NCBI GenBank assembly: GCA_976226885.1
Contig: OZ320323.1
Location: 2,914,001 to 2,978,000 of the forward strand
Source of the DNA: Iphione sp. A-MEVVRFRX5
Taxonomy: Eukaryota
Direction of reading: 5' to 3'
Length of the DNA stretch: 64,000 nt
Shown: positions 25,601 through 36,300 of the stretch, piece after piece
How positions within the stretch are numbered: position 1 is the stretch's first letter
Layout: every line of letters begins with the position of its first letter
Translations under genes and position numbers: made by a program
Notes under the pieces: generated by a model
Told to the model about the DNA's origin: nothing
The model's input: only the letters and a program-made list of their open reading frames with translations
Database searches by the model: none

Positions 25601-27311
25601 ATTGTAAATAGTTTAATGAAACTTAATCATTTGGATAAAACGACTATAATAATTATCATTTATTTTGTAAACATTCTTTTGTGTAATACTGTATTTAGTA
25701 TTATTGTTGATTGTTACTTTTTATTTTTCTCCACAGAAATTAATGGCTCACAAATCGATGGTAAATATAAACTTTTTTCTTTATGTGCTGTAAAGTTAAA
25801 AGGAAAACAGGTTCATTTTAATAGATTCCTTACAGCAAAAATTATATGTTCGAAGTAATAATCTGTGAAAAAAAGGTTGTTTTAAGTGTTTCATATTTTG
25901 AACAAAGATTTCAGTGATATGTCATGATATTCTGATTCCCTCTACTTGACCTAAGCAGTTTACTATAATCTACATGAAAGGTCTTTCACTAATTCACGGT
26001 GTCTGGGAGAATGGTGCAGTTGTCACGCTAATCTAGTACAGGTTCATGTATACCTCTGTTAACGAAGTGGATATGTTTCGAGATTTCACTTCCTTGTGAA
26101 GCATGTAATTCTAGTAGGGATTTTTACCAATATTTAATGCCCCTACATGTCATTTATTTTACATGTATGTACATGTATTTGTTACCTCTCTTTTCGTTGA
26201 ATGTTAAAAAGAATTGATCGATCAGAGTGTAATGGGGCAAACCAATTTTACACAGATAACCAGCTGTATTATCAAGACATTTCATTTTCAGAGGATTTAT
26301 TAATCAACGTATACCTGTATTACCAGTATCTTCTCTGTAATGACTAAACTTGAATAAGTTTGCCCGCTAACTCATGCTCTCATCTCCGCCTTACTCCCGC
26401 AGTCTCGCCACAGGGCCGGTCGCATGCTGCTGCTGAGTGGCAGGACAGGCCAGTCCCTGGGCCGGGCGCTACCTGTACCTCAGACCCGCCAGACCTACAT
26501 GCCGCCCATTTTACACACCACCAAAGATGGCTCCATGTACATCCTGTTCGGTACGGGCGAGGCCATGGTGACAGGTGAGGCTCAGTGACAGTATATGTAC
26601 TCAGGACTTACAGAGGTCATTGTGACAGGTGAGACTCAGTCGCAGTATATGTACTCGGAACTTGTAGAGGCCATGGTGACAGGTGAGACTCACTGACAGT
26701 CAGTCTCACCCTACGATCAGCTGCCTTGGGCGACCATTTGCCTTAAGAGACCACTTTTGTACAGAACAGATTGGTTCTCTCTATATTTATAACCAATGCC
26801 TTTGGAGACCATTTGCCTAAAGAGACCACTTTTCTTAAGTCCCTCTGGTGGTCGCATAAGGCGGAGGCAACTGTATACGTACTCGGGACTTGTAGTGGCC
26901 ATGGTGACAGGTAAGGCTTAGTGAGAGTATATGTACTCGGGACTTACAGTGGCCATGGTGACAGGTAAGGCTTAGCGACAGTATATGTACTCGGGACTTG
27001 TAGAGGCCTTGTTGACAGGCAAGGCTCAGTGACAGTATATGTACTCAGGACTTGTAGAAGCCATGGCGACAGGTGAGGCTCAGTGACAGTATATGTACTC
27101 GGGACTTGTAGAAGCCATGGCGACAGGTGAGGCTCAGTGACAGTATGTATACTCACAGCTTATAGAGACCATGGTAACAGATGAGGGTAAATGACAGTAC
27201 ATATGCACTTGGTAATTGTCGAGGCCATGGTGACATGTGAGGCTCAGTGACAGTACATGTACACTTACCCATGTATTCCCCATGCACCATCTCTTCCCCT
27301 GTTTCTCTGTC

Positions 27312-27348
<37 letters not shown>

Positions 27349-30300
27349 TTATCTGTCTCTTTTTCTCCCTCCCCTCCCTCTCTGTCTGTGTCTCTGTCTC
27401 TCTTCCTTCCTCTCTCCCTCTGGCTCTGCCTTTCTGTCTCCCCTTCCTCTACCTCTCGCCCTCCCTCTGTAACTGCCCCTCATCTTTCTCTGTCTCCTGT
27501 CTTTCTCTCTGTTGGCCTTTTCACCTCTGATAGAATTAACTAGACAAGCTGTATTGTTGGTTCTCGCTCTGTTCTAGGCTCCCTCTTCATGATCTCGGTG
27601 CCGGACCTGTACCGCTATGTCCGCAGCTTGAACGCCACTGCAGAGGTGCCCAACACCAACGGTACATACAAGGCATGGTCAAATCTCATCTGTGATGCCA
27701 CTGGCGTGTGTGAAATCTTCAGGTATGTCCCTCTTTTACTCAAGTAATGTCAGCTCTCGGTATCCAAACACTCCCCGTACAAGTTTACCTCACATCTCAA
27801 TGCATTTTTAGGGAACGGTTTGTCTTCCAATCACTTATTCCTGTTTCGTTGAGGTAATTAGGGCTGCCTGTGCCATAGTGAGAGAGACCTTGGAGGTCAT
27901 ATGGTATGTGCAAGTCTTGTGAGCGGGAATGTGAACAAGTTCAGTAAACATTGAAAACATTCACAAGCTGTCATCTTTCCATGAAGATATATTGAGACAA
28001 CATGAGACGTCATGTGGTGAGTTGTCCTGGATGAATTCTTGGTGACTTCTATTGCGTACGAGAGAAATAGTGAAGATTACTGGTAAATAACAACAACTAG
28101 AACATACAAACATGATCTTTCAGTTGAGGGGGAGGTGGGTTATAAACACCATCCCTAGAGGTAGTGATTGAACTGTGAGGATCTTGCAGTTCTACTGATA
28201 TGTGTGGACCTCACTGGGGATGGTGTTGTGTTTTGGTTTGTTACAGTGATCATGATATAACTGCACATTCATTTCTTGGTGACAGTGGCAACATGAAGAA
28301 TCTCGTGGTTCTTGGGATGTCTGTAGACCAACCAGGGACAGTATTTTGTTTTGGTTTGTTACACTGATCATGGTATAACCGTATGTTCATTTGTTGGTTA
28401 CAGTAGCAGCATGAAGGGTCTCATGGTTCCACCAGTTTGTGTAGACCTCACCGGAGACGGTGTTCGAGACATTGTGATGGCTGCCTACGATGGCACGGTG
28501 GAGGTGTGGGATGGGCAGACCATGACTGAGGTATGGAAGAAAGCCTTTACCAACTACGAGGCACACAGGTGAGCTGGCAGACCATCGGCTACATTACATT
28601 TCTATCATACTAGACCCAAGCTGGAACTGGATCTGTTGCTGAACCATACATGTAGGGGAGAAAGACTAACGATGCATACTTTATTTATTGAAATTGGTCT
28701 TTTTCTGATTAAAACCGTTTGAATGCTATAATTTATACTAAAAATCATAAGAGCAATATACTGTCATTTCTTGATATCCAAATGGTCCTTGCCTTTCGGA
28801 AATTGAGTATATTTTCTTATATTGAGTTGTAACTGTATCGTTTGTACACAGTTTGCTGCGACTAATTTTCTTCGGAAATCACATATATGCAGATGCTAAG
28901 TGTGTGTGCCCTTTGGGTCTGTACTGTATAATATTTATTCTTCCTTCTAGTGCACCTGCACCTGCTTATTTCAACTCAGATGGAACACTGGACCTGATGT
29001 TACATCTCAACCATGGTTCTTGGCCCCACTTTAACCATTCCAAGGTACGGTAGCCACTGCCTGGTAGAATCAACCCCTATTATCTGAGACCTCCTCTCAG
29101 ACATCCTTATTGACTGATATCTCACTCTCTGAAAGCTTATCTGCTGCCTGGTTTAATCAGGTCCTATTATCTGACACCTCCTTCTCTGACAACTAGCCAC
29201 TGCTTGGTATAATCGACCCCTATTATCTGACACTTCACTCTCCGACAGCTTAGCTACTGCAAGGTTTAATCTAATCCTATTATCTGACACCTCCTTCTCT
29301 GACAACTAGCCACTGCTTGGTATAATCGACCCCTATTATCTGACACTTCACTCTCCGACAGCTTAGCTACTGCAAGGTTTAATCTAATCCTATTATCTGA
29401 CACCTCCTTCTCTGACAACTAGCCACTGCTTGGTATAATCATCCCCTATTATCTGACACTTAACTCTCCGACAGCTTAGCTACTGCAAGGTCTAATCTAA
29501 TCCTATTATCTGACACCTCCTTCTCTGACAGCTAGCCACTGCTTGGTATAATCATCCCCTATTATCTGACACTTCACTCTCTGACAGCTTAGCTACTGCA
29601 AGGTTTAATCTAATCCTATTATCTGACACCTCCTTCTCTGACAGCTAGCCATTGCTTGGTATAATCGCCCCTTATTATCTGACACCTGACTCTCCGACAG
29701 CTTAGCTACTGCAAGGTTTAATCCAATCCTATTATCTGACAGTTTCCTCTCCTACAGCTAGCCACTGCCTAGTATAGTAAACCCCTTATAATCTGACACC
29801 AGACTCTCCGACAGCTTAGCTACTGCAAGGTTTAATCTAATCCCATTATCCGACAGTTTCCTCTCTGACAGCTAGCCACTGCCTAGTATAGTAAACCCCT
29901 TATAATCTGACACCTCACTTTCCGACAGCTTAGCCACGATATGGTTCAATCAAATCCTGTTATCTGACACCTCACTTTTTGATAGCTAACCACTACAATT
30001 TTCAATCAAAGTCTATCATTGGACACCTCACTCTTTATCATCCTTGTTTCCTGACCTATATATATATATATATATATTTAGTCACTCCAGTCAACTGATT
30101 GTCGATGTATTTTATTATGTATGGAATACATAACTTTGCTACGACAGCTGAAACAGTAGGAGAAATTTTCATGGCCCCTCTGTATAGTTTCCGTGTAATA
30201 AATGAGCTTTGTCATAAGATGCCAGAGTCGGTGATGTAAGGTAAGGTATGGTAAGGACTCATTGTCAGACATGCCTCTTTATTTTACCTTCATTGACGCA

Positions 30301-33300
30301 GCTGCATCTGTCACTGGCCAGTGTTACTGAATTTACTTCTAAGACCTCTGCATAGTAGTAAATACATGTATATTGCTGCCCACACTAATCTAACTCAAGT
30401 CTATTCTTTATGGATGAAGGTTACACGAAGTGTGCAGTTTCTCGGCTGAGTGATAAGTAACTGATAGTATAGAGGAAGTAACAATTATATGGGATGGATT
30501 CATGACTATTGATAAGTATCAACAATTTATAAGTTGTAATCAATCTAGGCTTTCCGCGTAAGACTTCTTCCTCCTATCTGATATACTTTTTACCCTAAAA
30601 CAGCCCCTGTTCTACAGATATAGCAAAGACTTCGCTGACCCCTCCCCAGCGACCAGCATTCACTGTCGTCACATGATTCTGGTACACATTCCTATTTTAT
30701 TTTTTTTTATATTTTATATTTTTTATACACAATCAACTACCTCCCACTAGTGGCCACCTGGCTTGCTTTGGTAGTTGATTTGCTGGAACCGGCCATGACT
30801 GCTAGCAAGAGTTCCCACTGTACATCCATGTCCTCAACTGGTGTATTCAGTGTGTTGTATTCCCTGCATCTGCTCCAGGTGATAATTCTGGATGGTACGA
30901 ATGGTGATATGAGGTATTGAGAGTTCCCGCTGTACATCCATGTCCTCAACCTGTGTATTCAGTGTGTTGTATTCCCTGCATCTGCTCCAGGTGATAATTC
31001 TGGATGGTACGAATGGTGAGACGCTATGGAGTTTGGATACTGACCAGCATGAGATGACATCAGACCTGGTTATCCGCACGGTGGCGCCACATCGAGATGC
31101 CTACGTCTTCCGCATACAGGGTCGGCGGGGTAAGAAGCCACTGAATGCTGGGACGACGACGACGACCCCATCCATGAAGAAAACTGGAAGACAACAGCGG
31201 CAGCGGAGGGACGCTGGGGTGGCCCCACCTAAGGTAGATATAACAGCTAATAAGACTTTATACTGGTACAAAGTCTACACATTGCTGGCAAGAGGATAGC
31301 TTGTTAAAACTCAGGAACGAGAACTGTTTTCTGCTGACTTGAATGTCATACCATCACATAATGTCAGATTGATAATCTGGTACGGGAGAGGTTGGGACAG
31401 GGGTTACAGCGATTATTTGTTGTACAGATTTGTTGGGTTTGCTGATTTTGGTTTTGAGTCTCTCTTTTATTACTGTAAGTAAAACATGGCGCCCAGGCCG
31501 CTGTAAGATGTAGCAGACAAGGATGGGCTCACTTCCTCAATCTGTTGATGCTATATCGAAAGTGGATTAAAACAGTTTCCATTTTATATGGCTCACTAGT
31601 ATATCAGCATAGTTGGTGAAGAATAATAAGAAAGAGAAGATTAGTGAAATTATTTGTTGTTCTCTCTCTTGAAGGCTCCCAGTGACTATGAGGACTACCA
31701 TTACAATGACTATGGAGGTCACAGGGACTACGGCGACTACCAGTATGTCCCCTTGAATGGGGGTTACTCCCATTACCAGCAGGTGAGCTTCTCAGAAAGT
31801 ACCTATTTACAATGGCGGGAAGATGCAGTGACTGTGGGTTGCTTTGATTATTGGGCCCAGTGCAGTATAACAGGTCAGCGGGACTACGGCAACTACCAGT
31901 ACGTCCCCCTGAGTAGGGGTTACTCTTATTTCCAACAGGTGAGCTATTCAGAAAGTACCTAATTATAATGGCAGGAAGAGGTGGTGACTGTGGGCTGCTT
32001 TCATTATTGGGCCCATTGCAGTCTAACTTAGGTTAGTGGGACTACAGCAGCTGCCAGTACGTCCCCCTGAGTAGGGGTTACTCTTATTTCCAACAGGTGA
32101 GCTATTCAGAAAGTACCTAATTATAATGGCAGGAAGAGGCGGTGACTGTGGGCTGCTTTCATTATTGGGCCCATTGCAGTCTAACTTAGGTTAGTGGGAC
32201 TACAGCAGCTGCCAGTACGTCCCCCTGAATGGGAGTTATTCCCATTACCAGCAGGTGAGCTTCTCAGAAAGTACCTATTTACAATGGCAGGAAGATGCGG
32301 TTGGTGCAACTGTGGGTTGCTTTCAGTATAGCGCCCGGTATGATATAACTTTATTTGATATACATGTATGTTGTAGGTGTGAGAAAGAATAATCTCTCAC
32401 AATCTCCTCACCTCTGCTTTCTTCTTCTTCTTCTTCTTCTTCTTCTTCTTCTGCTGCTTCTTCTTTTTCTATTACCCATCCTCCTCCTTCCTGTCTTGCT
32501 CCCCCTCTTCCCACCTGCCTCAGAGGAGGTTGCCCATGCGCAAAGGAATGCATACAGAATTGATCGTGTGATAATATCGAAATAACACCAGGCACTTCTT
32601 CAGCAGAATGTAAACAGTGTCGTGGTGTCATTTCTACATTATTACATGAAGATCAGTTAATTTCCAGAGGTCCTGTGGTCACCAGTGGTGCCTCCCTCTT
32701 CCTGACAACCGACCATAACCACCACTGTTTTACAGCCAGTGTGCAGCGAACATTTGCACCTTTTTTTTTATTATTTCTTTGAAAACAGTGAACCAGCATC
32801 AGCCAGACAGGCTGGTTTCCAGTCGGGGTTGTTGATGATACATTACATCAAGATAGATAGCAGCAGTTGTAGCTTAAAAACCTGGAATATTAGTCCAACA
32901 TAGTATACCTATTCTAATCTAATCTGTTCTGCCAGGCCAAATAACATTAATCATACATCAAAATGTCTATGGTATTATGTCAGGTTGAGGAGATTTTGCT
33001 TCCATTGTTGTAGAATGTCCCATTTGAAGTGTGATCTCTTATTTGTTCCATTGTTTTATTGTCCTGCTAAGTGTTGTTTTGTTCATGTATGCACTATGTG
33101 GAGCAGTGTTCATTCTGAACCTGTCTGTGTAATGGATGGATCACTGAATGTTGAAGTAACGGGTACTGCTGATGTCACTTTTACGAAATTGCGACATTGT
33201 CTCAATTTTAAACGATTTGATTGGTCGATTTTGACCATGATGTAACAATTAGTAAAACTTACATCCGCACTACCCGTTTCTTTTGCCACTGGCGATCAGT

Positions 33301-36300
33301 CCATTTTCTCTGAGATGCATTTTGTTGTAATTGGAAATGTTGTTGACTGTATTGTGGATGTAGTGGTAGGAATGCTTTGTTATCCTGTATTAATCAGTGT
33401 AGGTTTATTCTCTCTGATACCATCATCATGTTAAGCTTGTTGTGAGCTTCTGTTGTGGATGTTCTCATGTCTCTCAAGTGTATTGCCCTTTTAATACCTC
33501 TGTTTTGCAGACGTTGAATTTATGCTATCTGTTTGGAATACTGGACCAAATAATGTCTTAATAATCTCTTTACAGTAGTGTTAGACGTTTGTACAGTAAT
33601 AGACTTGTGTTGTTATCTACATACTTATTTACCAGGTTCAGTGCAGTTAGTGGTGTGTTCAATGTCTTTGATAGGTATGTTATGTGGTCCTTCATGGGCA
33701 GACTGTTATCTAGCATTAGTCCAAGATATTTGTAGGAGGTAGCTTGTCTTGATGTTGTGTTGGCTAGCGGTAGTGTGGCTGTTTTCCTGATGCCATTGAT
33801 GTTCTTGTTGGAATCAAATATCATGTTGGTATCAAATATGTATTGTGTTTTGCTTATGTCTAGAGTGTGTTTCGTGCTATTTGTACTGCTGTTGTGAGTG
33901 TTTTGTGTGTGCAGAGGATTATTGTCAAAGAGATTCTGCGCATGCGCGGGACATGGTGAGACTGGCCTAAACTGCGCTCCGCAGGATTACGGAAATAATT
34001 TGGGGTAACTGAAGAATAATTAGATCCAAATGAGTCTCACATGTGCAAATAGCATTATAGATCACGATATACATGATTGAAATGTGAATGATCTATTATT
34101 TGCTATCTAATCCGTCCCCCAAAAATTGACAGCAGCTAGGGTGACCAGAGGTTTGTTTACAGTATCCAAGGAACAACTGTGCTTGACAACAGCAATTTTT
34201 ACTGCAATATAGTCCATAATACCGATACAAAAGGCACTTAATTGACATTCTAAGAATAATTCAATATGCCACTGCGAGTTTTTAAGTCCAAAAAGGGCAA
34301 AAACCCAACCAAAGAGCAGAGTGACTCTGACAGCTCCTCTACGTCCTTCAATGGTTTTACCAAAGAAGAAATCGAAAAGAGTGAGGCTGTATCTAAGGGC
34401 ACTACACCTGGCACAAGTGGTATCAGCAACAAGAAAGGATCTGAGAAGTCGATGACTAAGACTAAAACACTGGAATCCAGTAATTCCAGTGTATCTATGG
34501 TCTCAACAGTCTCAAGAATGTCCAACATCTCTACCAACAAGAAAGAGCTGGAAAGAATCATCAAGTCAGCTATAAAATCTTCGTTGGATGATGCCATGAA
34601 CAGATACGAGGATCGATTTGATTGTATCGAGAATCAAGTGTCAGAAATTACTAATGCCACGATTGACAATATTCAGAGGACGGAGGATATTGAACAAAGG
34701 GCGAGAAATAGAGCTATTAGAATTGTTGGCATGAGGGAAACGAATGAGTCTGATGTGGATGAACTGCTCCATCTATTTGAACAAATGGACATAAACCCTC
34801 AAGTCACTAGACAGGACTTTGATCAGGTTTATAGAATAGGGAGGAAAGACAATAACAATGTAACCAGGCCCCTCTTTGTATCGTTCATAAGAGAATCTAC
34901 TAAGCAACTCATTTATTCTAAAAGAGTTACACTAGGGAGAATCGCTAAAGGGGTCTTCTTCAACGAAGACCTATCCGAAGTCAATCGCAAGAAGTACTAT
35001 AAAGCTAGAATGGAGGTAAAATCTGGCAAATACTCAAGTACATGGACGGTAAATGGTAAAGTATTTGTCAAAGCAACACCTACTAGCAATCCAGTATTGT
35101 ACTCGGATGACAACTAACTCAGCAAGGCAAACAGCAAGGGACATTATCAGTACGAAATTTAATGTATCGAGTTGTACGTAACACCAGATGTATAGCTTTC
35201 GTACTGCTCTATTCTCAAATTTTTCCTCCGGAATTACTGTGACATACGTTTATTTCAACTTACAATTTTTATTTCAGCTCTATCACTTGAAATTTGTACC
35301 CACACAATTACATGACAAAATATATAACACAGATACGCAACATTGCACAGTACGTCATAACACCGGAAATACATCACAATAACCCAACTAAACCGGAAAT
35401 CGTGACACAATTTCTGGATATTGCGAACAACTGACTAAATTTTGCCACACTACTCAGACATGACTCATAATACAATGCACTTATAGCAAATATCCTGAAA
35501 GCAATAGAATCGGTATAGATTACCCTCATAATAATAATATTACAGCACAAGATATTTATTTAATTTACCCCAGTCAGAAATAACACATACAAACGCAATA
35601 CATCCTGCTTTAGCAGAGACCTTTCTTACCGCTGCCTACGGATAGGCACCTATAGGATATATTTTAATAGTTTTTATTTATGGTAGTAAATAAGACTCTA
35701 AACTCAGTAAGAGACCTCAACAAGCGTGGACTAAATATCATCCACGCAAACCTTAGAAGTTTACGGAACAAGGTAGAGAGACTACAAGTTGAACTTGTAG
35801 AAGGAAATATAGATATTTTGACTGTCTCTGAAACATGGCTCCACAAAGACATTCACAATAATGTACTGAATATTGATGGCTATAACTTATTTAGGTTAGA
35901 TAGGAATCATTCAGACAGGAAACATGGGGGTCTAGCCCTATACTACAGTTCGAAAATAGTACAAAATGCAATCATTAGTTATGATACCGAACTCAGTCAA
36001 TCCAATCCTAATATTGAAGTTATGATATGTAAATATCACCATAAATTTTTACGGGACATAAATATTTTGACAATATATAGGCCTCCGACGGGCAATATTA
36101 ACTCCTTTTTTGAGACTCTACAAGATATCTTAACTGAAATACATGCCGATATTACTGAAACAATTTTAATAGGTGATTTTAACATTGATTATGGTAAGCA
36201 TAGAACACCCCACTTTAGGAAATTAAGAACTTTTGAAAATAATAATAATTTTAAAAATTTGATCAACACTCCAACTAGAGTTACAGACAGGACAACTACC

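Noticed and set aside
27237-27543. Hydrophobic Leu/Ser/Cys/Val ORFs (also 17384-17496, 32355-32585)
   Set aside because: Translations of CT/TCTG/CTT microsatellites and polypyrimidine tracts.
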